A stretch of DNA of 64,000 bases from Elusimicrobiota bacterium (GTDB lineage Bacteria > Elusimicrobiota > Elusimicrobia > Elusimicrobiales > UBA9959), in assembly GCA_036574205.1 (NCBI GenBank), contig JAINCQ010000009.1, forward strand, positions 1 through 64,000, read 5' to 3'. The notes below the pieces were generated by a model. That model was not told where the DNA came from and did no database searches. It saw nothing but the letters and a program-made list of their open reading frames with translations. Numbering within the stretch: the stretch's first letter is position 1; every line of letters begins with the position of its first letter. A program made the translations under genes and the position numbers. This document shows positions 9,301-20,154 of the stretch, one piece after another.

Positions 9301-10323
9301 TCACCATACTATTTGAAATCCTATTCTATGAGTAACACCAAAAATTCCATAATTCAAATAGGCATAATCCATCCTGAATCCCTTTAAAAAACTTTCTTTA
9401 GTTAATAAACTATCAAAAGTCATTCCTATTCCCAAACTCAAGCTTGAACCCTCCCTTTCTATGGTAGTATACCCTACCCTTATTTGAAAAGTCTTTGATA
9501 TATCGTCTTCAAATCCAAAATTAAAATATCCACCAGACGCCTCATCATAAACATAATCAACAATGAATATAAAATTCATTATCCCTTTGATAGTCGAAAA
9601 ATCCTTGGCTACTCCAACTCTATAAACCTGTGGAATTTTCTGGATTTGAGAAAAAAATTTTTGACTGCCACCAATATTTTGAACCGATGCCCCAATTTGA
9701 AAATGTCCAGGTAAAACTAAAAGAGCACCTCCATCAAAAACCAGAGTAGATGATGTTTCATTATCAAGTCGCTCTTCTATTTTTTTAGCAAGAAATCCAA
9801 ATGAAAATCTATAAACTTTCGGTATATATACTTTAACAGGTTTTAGTTTTGTCATGCTCGGGGTTATAAGCATCGGATCTATTTTCCTTCTGGCATAATC
9901 AAAATAAGGAAATCCCTTAGAATAAGCTATTCCATAAAATTTATGAGCAGTACTTGTTTTACCTATAATATTCTCGTTGCTGTCATATGCTGTTATATCA
10001 CCACTTGTCATAACACTATAAACGGCGCCTAAATTGCCATATTTTGTGTTTATTACAGCAGATATATATTCTTGATTGATACCCTCAAAGTATTTATTAT
10101 GTGTTGCGGATAACGCTGAATAAGTCAACAATCCAAGCCCTGCAGGATTATATAATATTGAATCAGGACCAACCATTGATGTATATGCCTCAGATATACC
10201 AGATGTTAAAGCTGGTATTGGGATCTTGAGAAAATTTGCTCCATACTGAAAATCAGTAGAAAACAATAAATTTTTAGAAAAGATTAAAAAAAACAAAAAA
10301 GCAAATCGTTTTATCATATACAA
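9301..10323 (-). CDS. PorV/PorQ-like outer-membrane beta-barrel protein
   Basis: GANFLKI, AYTS...SILYNPAGL, DYAYLNYGIFGVTHR, terminal aromatic residue; signal peptide. Confidence 0.8.
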   Translation of the reverse strand: MYMIKRFAFLFFLIFSKNLLFSTDFQYGANFLKIPIPALTSGISEAYTSMVGPDSILYNPAGLGLLTYSALSATHNKYFEGINQEYISAVINTKYGNLGAVYSVMTSGDITAYDSNENIIGKTSTAHKFYGIAYSKGFPYFDYARRKIDPMLITPSMTKLKPVKVYIPKVYRFSFGFLAKKIEERLDNETSSTLVFDGGALLVLPGHFQIGASVQNIGGSQKFFSQIQKIPQVYRVGVAKDFSTIKGIMNFIFIVDYVYDEASGGYFNFGFEDDISKTFQIRVGYTTIEREGSSLSLGIGMTFDSLLTKESFLKGFRMDYAYLNYGIFGVTHRIGFQIVW

Positions 10324-10408
10324 TACTTACATTATACACTTGATTTTATCAAATTTCAATGGTAATATCTTGCTATTTATAGATAATAAATAAATTTAAA
10401 AACAAAAT

Positions 10409-11131
10409 TTAAGCTATAAATCCAAAATAATAAAAAATAAGCCTTATTAATAAACCAAAGATATTCATATAAGCGTGAATACAAGAATTGATAAAAAGAC
10501 TGTTATGCTTTTCATAAGCATAAGATAAAATTACTCCCATAGCAGTTGCAAATATTATTCTGCCTGAACTACTACTATGTAATAAACCAAAAATAAGAGC
10601 TGAAATTATTAAGGCAGGGAGAAAAGACATTTTCTTCCTTAAATATGAATAAAATATTTTTCTAAAAAATAACTCTTCGGCTAAAGGACCAAAAAAACAA
10701 CTCATTATAAAATAAATGAAAAAACGATAAGGTGATAATAAAAATGGAGAATCATCAATATCAGTAGAGATATCTTCTATCCCCAAAAACTGTAAAATAA
10801 AATATGAAAAAGTAAGAATCAGGACGACCAGAATAATGGAAATAAAAAAATATAATAATGCTTTCTTAAATTCATAAACGGAAGGAACAAATGAAAAAAA
10901 ATTACTAAATGCCGCTGAGAAAGAAGAGAAAAGTTTACTATATGAAATACTAAAGAAAAGGAAAGATAAATTTTGAATTAAAAGATAAACTTCACCATAA
11001 GATAAACATTTACCCTTCAAAAAAGGGCAGATAATAAGATATAAAATTACAGTTGAAACATTAGCAAAAATAAATAACCCTATTATCTCTATAAATCTAT
11101 AATCATTTTCATACCATTTAGTATTATCCAT
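10409..11131 (-). CDS. CPBP (CAAX/Abi) intramembrane glutamic endopeptidase
   Basis: PLAEELFFR, FGLLH, IHAYMN; multiple TM segments. Confidence 0.9.
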   Translation of the reverse strand: MDNTKWYENDYRFIEIIGLFIFANVSTVILYLIICPFLKGKCLSYGEVYLLIQNLSFLFFSISYSKLFSSFSAAFSNFFSFVPSVYEFKKALLYFFISIILVVLILTFSYFILQFLGIEDISTDIDDSPFLLSPYRFFIYFIMSCFFGPLAEELFFRKIFYSYLRKKMSFLPALIISALIFGLLHSSSSGRIIFATAMGVILSYAYEKHNSLFINSCIHAYMNIFGLLIRLIFYYFGFIA

Positions 11132-11254
11132 ATCAAAAATTTCTAATTACTTCAATAACATAGTAAAGTTAAACCTAATTTGATTCATATGTCATTAAAA
11201 ATTGCTTTACTGGCAAATTGTAAATTAACATTTAGCTTTAATATCTAAATATTT

Positions 11255-11288
11255 AAAAAAGGCGTCTGCTCGTAAGCAGACGCCTTTT
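11255..11288 (-). terminator. Intrinsic terminator after the clostripain gene (possibly bidirectional)
   Basis: Perfect stem AAAAGGCGTCTGCT-cgta-AGCAGACGCCTTTT with a T6 tail on the minus strand. Confidence 0.9.
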
Positions 11289-11313
11289 AACTTCAAAGAA
11301 TAATAAGATTCTT

Positions 11314-12573
11314 TTATTTAATCCACTTAATCAGATCATCCCACTTTGTTTCTTTTGCCCAGATAAGATCACCATAGCTTGTGGAATAATATGTTGGGAT
11401 ATAACCGGCAAGTCCAAAAGCATTCTGGTATTTTGAGCCATATGCTCTGTTATGAACTATAAGATCATTTTTCATAAAATCAAGAAGAGCCAGACCCTTA
11501 ACCTTAACATCATTAACCTGTGTTGAATCAACAATAAGCTTAACAAAATGATATATATCCTTGTTGCTTGAATAGTAAAACTTCTGGGCATTGGTTCTGG
11601 CATTTTTGGCATTTGTAACATCATTGCCGGACATCAAAGCATCTATAAAAGCATCAGAAAGCTTTGCAAACTCAGAAAGCTTTTTTGAACTTATTGAAGA
11701 TTGTGTTGCACCCTGCGATATAGATTGATAATGGTCGGTGTATGAATTAACCATTGCAATTGAAAGTTTTCTTGCATCCATCGTTGGCTCTTTTACAAGG
11801 GGATCAAGCCAGGTGTTATAAGTATAGCCATCAGCCGGCTCAGTCTCCTCAGATCCAACTATATACTGGGAATAATCTTTTATCTCATATGCCACCTCAG
11901 CCATTTGCATCAAGCATGCATCCATAGCAAATATATCAACTCCACCTACTTTTTCAAGCGCCATCCTTAACTGGGGTGTAGACATGTGATTCCCGGTCTC
12001 ATCATCATATGAGATTCCTTTATTAGTAAGTATCTCCATAATATCAGCGCCTTTATCCCAGCCAGAGCCATGATTCCATACAATAAGAACATATTTTTTA
12101 GCAGGATATTTAGTTTTCGCCCAGTTTATGAAATCAACCAGATATTCCCAGCTTCCCATATCACATTTAGCATTTTCAGTTATAACTGGAGAAGTTATTT
12201 TCTTCGTATCGCTGTCTTTGGTTATATAAAGTCTCCTACATCCCTTCCAATCTCCGTCTTCACTTGTATAACCGGATATTCTACCAAGCTCAGCTACTAT
12301 ATTAACTTTATCGCTTGAACCAATCATCTCCATTTCGTTAACATCTTTAAGTCCGTAAGTTTCAAGATTATTTTTGGCGTTAACAAATACCATCACTGTC
12401 CACTCTTTAACTGACTGAGTGGCTGTGTCATCCTTTGTTTTTGAGACATTTGGTGTTTCAATCTCATCAGTCAGCTCTTTTATGCTAACCTTTGAGTTTC
12501 CATCAAAATCTACTTTTGCCCAGCTTGCGCTTGTGGTAAAAAGTAGCATTGATATTATCAATTTTAACATCAT
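11314..12573 (-). CDS. Clostripain-family (C11) cysteine peptidase, secreted
   Basis: EWTVMVF...NNL, WNHGSGW (His), MDACLMQMAEV (Cys), GSEETEP; signal peptide. Confidence 0.92.
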   Translation of the reverse strand: MMLKLIISMLLFTTSASWAKVDFDGNSKVSIKELTDEIETPNVSKTKDDTATQSVKEWTVMVFVNAKNNLETYGLKDVNEMEMIGSSDKVNIVAELGRISGYTSEDGDWKGCRRLYITKDSDTKKITSPVITENAKCDMGSWEYLVDFINWAKTKYPAKKYVLIVWNHGSGWDKGADIMEILTNKGISYDDETGNHMSTPQLRMALEKVGGVDIFAMDACLMQMAEVAYEIKDYSQYIVGSEETEPADGYTYNTWLDPLVKEPTMDARKLSIAMVNSYTDHYQSISQGATQSSISSKKLSEFAKLSDAFIDALMSGNDVTNAKNARTNAQKFYYSSNKDIYHFVKLIVDSTQVNDVKVKGLALLDFMKNDLIVHNRAYGSKYQNAFGLAGYIPTYYSTSYGDLIWAKETKWDDLIKWIK

Positions 12574-12689
12574 TACCTCCTTAAAATAATATACTTTTTA
12601 TATTTTAGAATGATATATAATTTCCTTTAAGAAGCATATTACCTATTGACAATTAGGAACCAAGACACTTGCTATGTCAAGAGATAATG

Positions 12690-13739
12690 TCATTTACTTT
12701 CAATAAGCAAGTCTTCGTATATTATTTCGTGTATGTTAAAAATTATTTCGGAAGAAAAATTGTCCCTTATATATTTATGTCCGATATCAGCCATATGTTG
12801 CATCTTTGCGGGATTATTGATAAGGGAGATTATAGTTTTTACATAAGAATTTAAATTCATAGGTTCAACTATTTCTCCATTATATTCTGATATTATAAAA
12901 TCAGATGAACCTTTTATCTGAGGAACAACACAAACAACACTTGATGCCATTGCTTCTATCAATGACCTTGATATATCCGCAATTGCTTTCGTTCTTACAT
13001 ATATATGGGCCATAGCCATAACCTCTGGCATATCATTTCTAAAGCCAAGCATATCAACTTTATGGCTTATCCCATATTCTCTGGCAAGATCTCTTATTTT
13101 TTCATCTTTTGGCCCAACAATCATAAAATTAACATTTTCATTTATTTTCAAAATCTCTTTAGCCATATCTATAAAAAATTTAAGACTATTAAAATCTTCT
13201 TTTCTATAAACAGTTAGTATCCTGTACGGTCTTTGGAGAAATGTCGCTGGCTTTATCTGCTTTGCGCTCTCCCATCTTCCCATAACAAGCATCGGATTTA
13301 AAACCATTATTTTCTCATAATCAATTCCATTAAAGATAAGCTCGTCTTTTATGCTTTGTGTGGTAACTATTATTTTATCAAAAAACTCAAAATTCTCTTT
13401 TATAAATCCTATAAATTTTGCGTCTGGAAATGAATAAATTTTTAATATTGTGGGTTTTTTCATTAAAAGAAGTTTTTTTATAGCTATCCGATTTTCACTT
13501 CTATAGCCATATATTTCTATAATGTCCGCGCCGGGATCTTTTATAAAACCAAATCTTGAGAATAATGTGTTATTTATAAAACTAATCTTGTTTTTAATAA
13601 CTGCTTTGCAAATATATGAATCTGCTGCACTCATAATATATACATTATGAGATTTCTTTTTTAAAATAATTGCCATATTCAAAGCATTATAAGCCTCTAT
13701 GGAATCCTCATCTGAATTAACAAATTTAAGTATATTCAT
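12690..13739 (-). CDS. Glycosyltransferase family 4-like protein
   Basis: GT-B C-domain LGFRNDMPEVM...SLIEAMAS...NGEIVEP; divergent N-domain. Confidence 0.8.
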   Translation of the reverse strand: MNILKFVNSDEDSIEAYNALNMAIILKKKSHNVYIMSAADSYICKAVIKNKISFINNTLFSRFGFIKDPGADIIEIYGYRSENRIAIKKLLLMKKPTILKIYSFPDAKFIGFIKENFEFFDKIIVTTQSIKDELIFNGIDYEKIMVLNPMLVMGRWESAKQIKPATFLQRPYRILTVYRKEDFNSLKFFIDMAKEILKINENVNFMIVGPKDEKIRDLAREYGISHKVDMLGFRNDMPEVMAMAHIYVRTKAIADISRSLIEAMASSVVCVVPQIKGSSDFIISEYNGEIVEPMNLNSYVKTIISLINNPAKMQHMADIGHKYIRDNFSSEIIFNIHEIIYEDLLIESK

Positions 13740-14410
13740 ATCATTTTTTTTATCTCATCTATTTGTCTTTTTGCGTTTTCAATATAATATTTTTCCTTTG
13801 AAGTCTTTAATATAAGATCATAAATTTCAATTGCTTTATCATATTTCCCGGCTTTTTTGTGAAGGAAAGCAGTTATCTGTCTTAATATAACAGGTGTTTC
13901 TTCTAAAATCGACACTTCATATAATTTGTCTAAAAGTGATTTGTCATATAAATTTTTTCTGCTTTCTTTTATCATTATGGCGGAAAGAAGAGTTAAATAT
14001 TTATAATTATTATTGTCATAGATCATGGCAAATCTTAAAATTGATATGGCTTTATAAGTTTTATCCAGATTAAAAGCCAGAACACCAGCTCCTGTTAAAA
14101 TAGCATTGGTATAATAAGGATCTGTAGCAACTATATTAAGGGCCATTGGATAAAACAAAGGATATTCTCCACTTCCATATTCAAATGCTTCCATTTTTTC
14201 TTCCGGTGTTCCATAATATTGAAGCAATCTTATATATAAAATATCAGAATAAAGCTGTTTTACCCCAAGACTTGTGAATATTATATTTTCAACAGGATTT
14301 TCAATTATTTTTCCAAAGGAAGTCATAAGGGGAGCAAAAGCTATTTTAAGAGGATTTATTAAAGCAAGAAAAGGAAGAAGTAAATAAACTACAAATTTGA
14401 AAATCATCAA
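13736..14410 (-). CDS. Membrane-anchored TPR-like protein of an ABC operon
   Basis: SDILYIRLLQYYG, helical repeats (AGKYDKAIEIY); 4-nt overlaps with both neighbours. Confidence 0.6.
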   Translation of the reverse strand: MMIFKFVVYLLLPFLALINPLKIAFAPLMTSFGKIIENPVENIIFTSLGVKQLYSDILYIRLLQYYGTPEEKMEAFEYGSGEYPLFYPMALNIVATDPYYTNAILTGAGVLAFNLDKTYKAISILRFAMIYDNNNYKYLTLLSAIMIKESRKNLYDKSLLDKLYEVSILEETPVILRQITAFLHKKAGKYDKAIEIYDLILKTSKEKYYIENAKRQIDEIKKMI

Positions 14411-15138
14411 AATTCCTTATTTTTAAAAGCAAAAGCAGAGATAGCAGATATTACAAAAATATAAATTATAAGATAAAATACATAACTCCAACTTATTTTA
14501 TCAATTGAATAACTGAAATCCGGAAATAAATAAACCAACCATTTAAATAAAATCTTTACCCCCCCCGCTTTATTTAAAGCATACTTTAATTCAGACATAA
14601 AATGCCCCAAAAACCATATCATTATAGTAATTGCTATTGAAGTAAATGCAGAAGTTGTAAGTGAAACAAACAGGGCGCAAACCGCAGATATCAAAGAAAC
14701 CTTGAGATAAACAAGTAAAAGTGATAACAGGTATTTCGCATCAAAAAAATAACCCTTTAAGATCAAAACGATGCCACATATTAAGCTTATAAAAACAAGC
14801 AACAATAATGAAGCCAAACACACACCAAATATTTTTCCAAGAATATATTCTGAACTCTTCACAGGCCTTGAAAGGATGAGATATATTCTTTTTGTTTCCA
14901 TGTCATTTTGAACACTTGCGGATATTGAAAGAATGCAGAAAATAAGCAATGAGATCTGAGTTATGGAAAGGAAAAAATCCATTAAAACTTTTTTTTCTTC
15001 GCTTACAGCCATTATTCCAACAAGAATTGACACATAAACAAGAAGTAGAGCGAAAAAAAACACAAGATATGAAAATTTAGAATAAAAATATTCTTTTGCT
15101 CCAAAAAAAGCAAGTGTTTTAATGGTTTTTATCTTCAT
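14407..15138 (-). CDS. ABC-2 type transporter permease
   Basis: DMETKRIYLILSRPV...EYILGK..G; about 6 TM helices. Confidence 0.88.
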   Translation of the reverse strand: MKIKTIKTLAFFGAKEYFYSKFSYLVFFFALLLVYVSILVGIMAVSEEKKVLMDFFLSITQISLLIFCILSISASVQNDMETKRIYLILSRPVKSSEYILGKIFGVCLASLLLLVFISLICGIVLILKGYFFDAKYLLSLLLVYLKVSLISAVCALFVSLTTSAFTSIAITIMIWFLGHFMSELKYALNKAGGVKILFKWLVYLFPDFSYSIDKISWSYVFYLIIYIFVISAISAFAFKNKEF

Positions 15139-15874
15139 TTAAAACTCTCTCTATGAAAATCTCTTCCAGATTCTTACCATTCAAATCGTTGATTAAAAAT
15201 GTTTCAAGAATCTTTCCCTTATGGATTAGCATAACTCTTTGACACATCTTTTCCACCTCAGAAATACTATGAGACGAAATAAAAATAGTTTTGCCTTCAC
15301 TATTTAAACGCAGAAGAAGGCTTCTTATTTCTTTTATAGAAAGAGGATCAAGTCCGCTTGCAGGCTCATCCATCACTATTATTTCTGGTTCGTGTATTAT
15401 AGCGCATGCTATACCCAATTTTTGCATCATCCCTTTTGAAAAATTTTTAACCTTTTCTTGTTCTTTTCCACCAAGTCCAACAATATTCAGTGTTTCCTTT
15501 ATTTTTTTGAGATCAAATTTTTTTGTGGAAATCATATAATAAAACCTAAGGGTATCATATGCTGTCATATGGGGATAAAAATAAGGAAGTTCAGGCAAAT
15601 ATCCTATTAAAGATTTATACAAGACATCGGAGGTTTTCAAATCCTTGCCAAAAATACTTACAGAACCGCTATCTGGTTTTATAAGTCCGCATATTATCTT
15701 CATTATGGTAGTTTTACCCGCCCCATTAAGCCCTATAAGTCCAACAAATTCACCACGATGAACAGAAAAAGAAATATTATCAATGGCAGTTTTTTCCTTG
15801 TTTTTCAAAAAACCCGGGATTTTATAAGATTTTTTAACTCTATCAAATATAATAACATCTTCAATCTTCTTCAT
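15119..15874 (-). CDS. ABC transporter ATP-binding protein
   Basis: GLNGAGKTT, FSKGM, MDEP, SSH. Confidence 0.95.
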   Translation of the reverse strand: MKKIEDVIIFDRVKKSYKIPGFLKNKEKTAIDNISFSVHRGEFVGLIGLNGAGKTTIMKIICGLIKPDSGSVSIFGKDLKTSDVLYKSLIGYLPELPYFYPHMTAYDTLRFYYMISTKKFDLKKIKETLNIVGLGGKEQEKVKNFSKGMMQKLGIACAIIHEPEIIVMDEPASGLDPLSIKEIRSLLLRLNSEGKTIFISSHSISEVEKMCQRVMLIHKGKILETFLINDLNGKNLEEIFIERVLNEDKNH

Positions 15875-17633
15875 CTTCCTCTATTTTTTTCTTAATTCTC
15901 TCTTTTCTTATCTCCTTTAATTCTTTTATCAAATCTGATATGGTTATGTTCCCCCTGCTTAAAAGATCTGAATGAAATTCCCTCATATCAAAAAACTTAT
16001 TTTCACTTCTAACATATTTTTTTCTAAGATCAGATATCAAATTATACCCATAAATACCAGCATAATAGTAGGTAGGATTCATAGATATCTTTACTACTTC
16101 ATCATCAGCTGCCTGCTTATCAAAACCAAAATACTCCGTAAAAAAACTTGAAGATTCTTCAAAATCAATTTCCTCTATGTGAAAAGCCACATCTATATAT
16201 GCTCTAAGACTTCTAAGAGCTTTTACATATGCTACCAGAAATGGGGTATAAACGCTTGAAAAATATCCCATTTCACCAGAAAGATCCTCGCAATAATTCA
16301 TCCATCCCATTTCTATCGCAGGCTGGCTTGCTATTTTTCTTATTTTGCTTACAGATCTCATTGAATCCGATTTTAAATGCAATCCGGGCATTATAAGCCC
16401 TGATATAAAAAATTCAATTTTAGGCTGTGAGTAAATTTGAGATAAAAACAAATTCATATCTCCAACACTTTTTTCAAGAGGAAGAGATATGTATAGTTCT
16501 CCAACCCTTTCTCTGTCAAGCGGATAAGGAGGATAATAAAAAACTGTGGGATATGCTATCTGCATAAAAGATGGAGAATTTTTTATCAAAAGTCTTTGAG
16601 TTGGAAAATTTACAACTTTATATTCATCAAAATGATTCTTTGCATTTTCTATCTGGTCTGAGATATATTTTACAACCTCATCATATTTTGGAAAATCTCC
16701 AGTTATTGTAGCATAAACCCCTTTTATCCTGTTTCTTTGATATTCAGCAGGATTTAATTTTATGGCTTCCTCAATGAGTTTTTTATAGTTTTTATTAAAA
16801 TTCTTTTTAGCTATTCTCAAAGCCTTTCGTGGATTATAGCTAATCTTATGCCATCTTTCAAGATAAAACCCATAAGTATACAGTCCTGTATAGGCTTTTC
16901 CATCAGATTTAGGCAATAACTCTTTTTCAAGATATTCTTTATATCTTTTGAGAGAAACAGAGAGATTTTGCATAATCGTTTCAAAATTAGCTTTTATGGT
17001 TGGATCAATCCCTATATAATTTCTAAATAATGGATAATAATCCCCTATATTTTCAATAAGCAAATTAACTCTTTTTATTGTAAATTCGGTCCATATACGA
17101 GGAGGTCTTGTTAAATTTCTTTCAGCCTGATAAAGAACCGATGGAATCTGGGAAAGTCTTTTAACTGCATTCGCTGCCCTTAAATTATAATTTGCAAAAT
17201 CTTTTCCCATCATAAAATAAACAATATCAAAAGGCGCGATATAATAATAAGGTCTTGTTGAAAGAATATTCAAATTCTCAAATTCATAAATGTCTTTTTC
17301 TATTAGCGAATATATAAGGTCATAGTCAGTTTGCCTCTCATAACCCAGCGAATCTTTATCTATGCGCGTTAAATCTTTTTGAAGCAATTTTAAAGTTTCA
17401 ATTTCCTTTGCATTAGTATTATATTCCCTGTCAGTTAATAGATAATCATTATCATGAACACCTATTAAGGTCGCTCTTTCAGGGTCATACATTGTTATTG
17501 TTGCTATATATTTTTCTATTGTTTCATCAAGTCTTGCCCCTTCAAGCCTGCCATTTGTTGACTCTACACTAAGGCTATCTTCATAAGAATAAATATTAGC
17601 GACAAACAAAAAAAAGGATATCAGAATTTTCAT
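15861..17633 (-). CDS. DUF885-family exported protein (degenerate motif)
   Basis: DPERATLIGVHD, RL..IP..L.QA..NL, PGxHL, GW..Y.E, R.LRAYIDV..H, REFH..LL..G. Confidence 0.8.
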   Translation of the reverse strand: MKILISFFLFVANIYSYEDSLSVESTNGRLEGARLDETIEKYIATITMYDPERATLIGVHDNDYLLTDREYNTNAKEIETLKLLQKDLTRIDKDSLGYERQTDYDLIYSLIEKDIYEFENLNILSTRPYYYIAPFDIVYFMMGKDFANYNLRAANAVKRLSQIPSVLYQAERNLTRPPRIWTEFTIKRVNLLIENIGDYYPLFRNYIGIDPTIKANFETIMQNLSVSLKRYKEYLEKELLPKSDGKAYTGLYTYGFYLERWHKISYNPRKALRIAKKNFNKNYKKLIEEAIKLNPAEYQRNRIKGVYATITGDFPKYDEVVKYISDQIENAKNHFDEYKVVNFPTQRLLIKNSPSFMQIAYPTVFYYPPYPLDRERVGELYISLPLEKSVGDMNLFLSQIYSQPKIEFFISGLIMPGLHLKSDSMRSVSKIRKIASQPAIEMGWMNYCEDLSGEMGYFSSVYTPFLVAYVKALRSLRAYIDVAFHIEEIDFEESSSFFTEYFGFDKQAADDEVVKISMNPTYYYAGIYGYNLISDLRKKYVRSENKFFDMREFHSDLLSRGNITISDLIKELKEIRKERIKKKIEEDEED

Positions 17634-17636
17634 ATT

Positions 17637-17762
17637 TTACCCCACAATTTTAAAAACCCCCTTTGTTCTACTTTTACCACTCTGTAAAAGAAAAATAAGC
17701 GCAAAGGAAAATAAATCCGTAATCGATAATCCAAAAATTAGAATCTTTAATTTTTCGACCAC
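17637..17762 (-). CDS. Unannotated 41-aa small membrane protein
   Basis: GTG-started ORF (MVEKLKILIFGLSITDLFSFALIFLLQSGKSRTKGVFKIVG) exactly fills the gap between lon (1 nt) and the DUF885 gene (3 nt); AAGGA upstream. Confidence 0.5.
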   Translation of the reverse strand: MVEKLKILIFGLSITDLFSFALIFLLQSGKSRTKGVFKIVG

Positions 17763-17763
17763 T

Positions 17764-20133
17764 TTAATCCTTCCCAATTAGATTCTTCTTTTTTTCAGTT
17801 TTAAAACCATCTATTACATAAGATAAAACCTCTTCCATATGTGAAACAGGAATTAGTTTCATATCTTTTTTAATCTCCTGTGGAATTTCAGATATATCCT
17901 TCATATTTCCCTTTGGATATAAAACAGTCATTACCTTTTCTCTATGGGAAGCTATAATTTTCTCCTTAATCCCGCCAACAGGCAAAACCCTTCCGCTAAG
18001 CGTAATTTCACCGGTCATTGATATATTCCTTTTAACCGGTTTTTTAGAGATAAGACTATAAATAGCTGTGGCTATGGTTATTCCAGCAGATGGTCCATCT
18101 TTAGGTGTCGATCCTTCAGGCACATGGACATGAAAATCTCTTGAAGATATATATTTAATAGGGGGGTTTAAGATACTTTTAACATAAGAAAAAGCTATCT
18201 GAACCGACTCTTTCATTACCTCTCCAAGCCTTCCAGTAACCAGAATATTCCCTTTCCCCGGCATATCTATGGCTTCAATCCATAAAACCTCTCCTCCATG
18301 TTCGGTCCAGGCAAGACCTGTTGATATACCTATTGCATTTTCATCTATCTTTTCCTCAATATATTTAGGTATATCAAGCCATTCTATAAGATTGTTTTCA
18401 TTAACTTCAATTTCTTTCATCCCTTCAACTATCTTAACAGCAGCTTTTCTTGCAATTCTTGCAATTTCCCTTTCAAGGTTTCTCACGCCAGCTTCTTTAG
18501 TATATTCTCTTATGGTTTTTACAATGGCATCATCTGTTATTTTTATGCTTTTAACCTTTTTTTCTGTTATACCATGTTCATTTAGCTGTCTGGGTATAAG
18601 GAATTGCTTTGCGATTTGTAATTTCTCGTTATGAGTGTAGCCAGAAAACTCTATTATCTCAAGTCTATCCCTTAGACTTATGGGTATACCCTCAAGAGTA
18701 TTTGCCGTAAGTATAAACATCACTTTTGATATATCAAAAGGGACATCTATATAATGGTCAAGAAATTCTTTATTTTGTTCTGGATCTAAAACTTCAAGCA
18801 ATGCCGCTGCTGGATCCCCCCGCCAATCCATCCCCATCTTATCTATTTCATCCATCAAGAAAACAGGATTTTTACTTCTGGCTTTTTTCAGACTTTGTAT
18901 TATTCTTCCAGGTAATGATCCTATATATGTCCTTCTATGTCCGCGTATCTCAGCCTCGTCCCTTACCCCACCAAGACTCATTCTCACAAAATTTCTTTGC
19001 ATTGAATTAGCTATAGAGCGAGCTATAGAAGTTTTACCGACTCCCGGCGGACCTACAAAACATAATATAGGACCTTTAAGCTTTTCAGTTAATTTTGTAA
19101 CAGCTAAATATTCAAGAACCCTCTCCTTTGGTTTTCTAAGTCCAAAATGCTCTTTATCCAATATATCTCTGGCTTTAGATATATCAAGGAGATCTTTTGT
19201 CTCTACTGACCATGGGAGCGAGCAAATCCAATCAAGATAGGTTCTGGATACGGTTGATTCAGGAGAAAAAGGCATCATTTTTGAAAGCCTATTAAGTTCT
19301 TTTTCCGCAGCCTGCTCTGCTTCTTTAGGCATCTTTGCCGCTTTTATCTTTTTTCTCCATTCCTCTATTTCCCTTTGAAAATCGTCTTTTTGGTGAAGCT
19401 CTTTTTGTATAGCTTTCATCTGCTCATTAAGATAATATTCTTTCTGTGTTTTTTCTATCTGGGATTTAACCCTGTTTTGTATTTTCTGTTCTATGGTTAT
19501 TATCTCTATTTCTCTTTTTATAAATTTTATAAGTTTTTCTATTCTTTCTTTTACATTCAAGGTTTCAAGTAATTCCTGCTTTTCAGATATGCTTATAATA
19601 AGATTTGATGCTATGTTATCACTGAGTTTGGATGTATCTTCCACTTGCTCCAGAAGAACAGAAGGGTTTATGCTCATTTTAGTGGTGATATTAACATAAT
19701 CATCAAAAACTCCTATAAGATGTCTTGCCAGAGCTGTCATTTCAGAGCTGTTTTCCACTATCTCCGTTGGATATTTGACTGTTGTAATTATACAATTAGG
19801 ATTGGAGATATCATTAAACTCCACAATCTCAACTCTTTTTATTCCATTAAGTATAACCCTCATTGTGCCATCAGGCAATTTAAGATGCTGGTTAACCTCG
19901 CATAAAACTCCCATAGTATAAATTTCATCATGCTTTGGATCGTCTATCATTGGTTTTTTTTGAGTCGCCGCAACAATATATTTTGAATATTCTTTTAGAG
20001 ATAATTCTACAGCGTTAACTGATTTAACCCTGCTTACAGCAAGCGGAAAATGTATATTGGGAAAAACGACTACATCCCTTATCGCTATTAACGGCAATTT
20101 TTGAGGAAAATCATTTTTTATTTCATTGGTCAT
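17764..20133 (-). CDS. lon: Lon (endopeptidase La)
   Basis: LON N-domain, GPPGVGKTS, DEIDK, PKDGPSAG, catalytic Lys in GGIKEK. Confidence 0.98.
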   Translation of the reverse strand: MTNEIKNDFPQKLPLIAIRDVVVFPNIHFPLAVSRVKSVNAVELSLKEYSKYIVAATQKKPMIDDPKHDEIYTMGVLCEVNQHLKLPDGTMRVILNGIKRVEIVEFNDISNPNCIITTVKYPTEIVENSSEMTALARHLIGVFDDYVNITTKMSINPSVLLEQVEDTSKLSDNIASNLIISISEKQELLETLNVKERIEKLIKFIKREIEIITIEQKIQNRVKSQIEKTQKEYYLNEQMKAIQKELHQKDDFQREIEEWRKKIKAAKMPKEAEQAAEKELNRLSKMMPFSPESTVSRTYLDWICSLPWSVETKDLLDISKARDILDKEHFGLRKPKERVLEYLAVTKLTEKLKGPILCFVGPPGVGKTSIARSIANSMQRNFVRMSLGGVRDEAEIRGHRRTYIGSLPGRIIQSLKKARSKNPVFLMDEIDKMGMDWRGDPAAALLEVLDPEQNKEFLDHYIDVPFDISKVMFILTANTLEGIPISLRDRLEIIEFSGYTHNEKLQIAKQFLIPRQLNEHGITEKKVKSIKITDDAIVKTIREYTKEAGVRNLEREIARIARKAAVKIVEGMKEIEVNENNLIEWLDIPKYIEEKIDENAIGISTGLAWTEHGGEVLWIEAIDMPGKGNILVTGRLGEVMKESVQIAFSYVKSILNPPIKYISSRDFHVHVPEGSTPKDGPSAGITIATAIYSLISKKPVKRNISMTGEITLSGRVLPVGGIKEKIIASHREKVMTVLYPKGNMKDISEIPQEIKKDMKLIPVSHMEEVLSYVIDGFKTEKKKNLIGKD

Positions 20134-20154
20134 AAAAAGTCCTTTTAATCTGGA

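Noticed and set aside
9301..10323. Evidence for a type IX secretion system
   Set aside because: A PorV-like barrel alone is insufficient; no other T9SS components are in the window.
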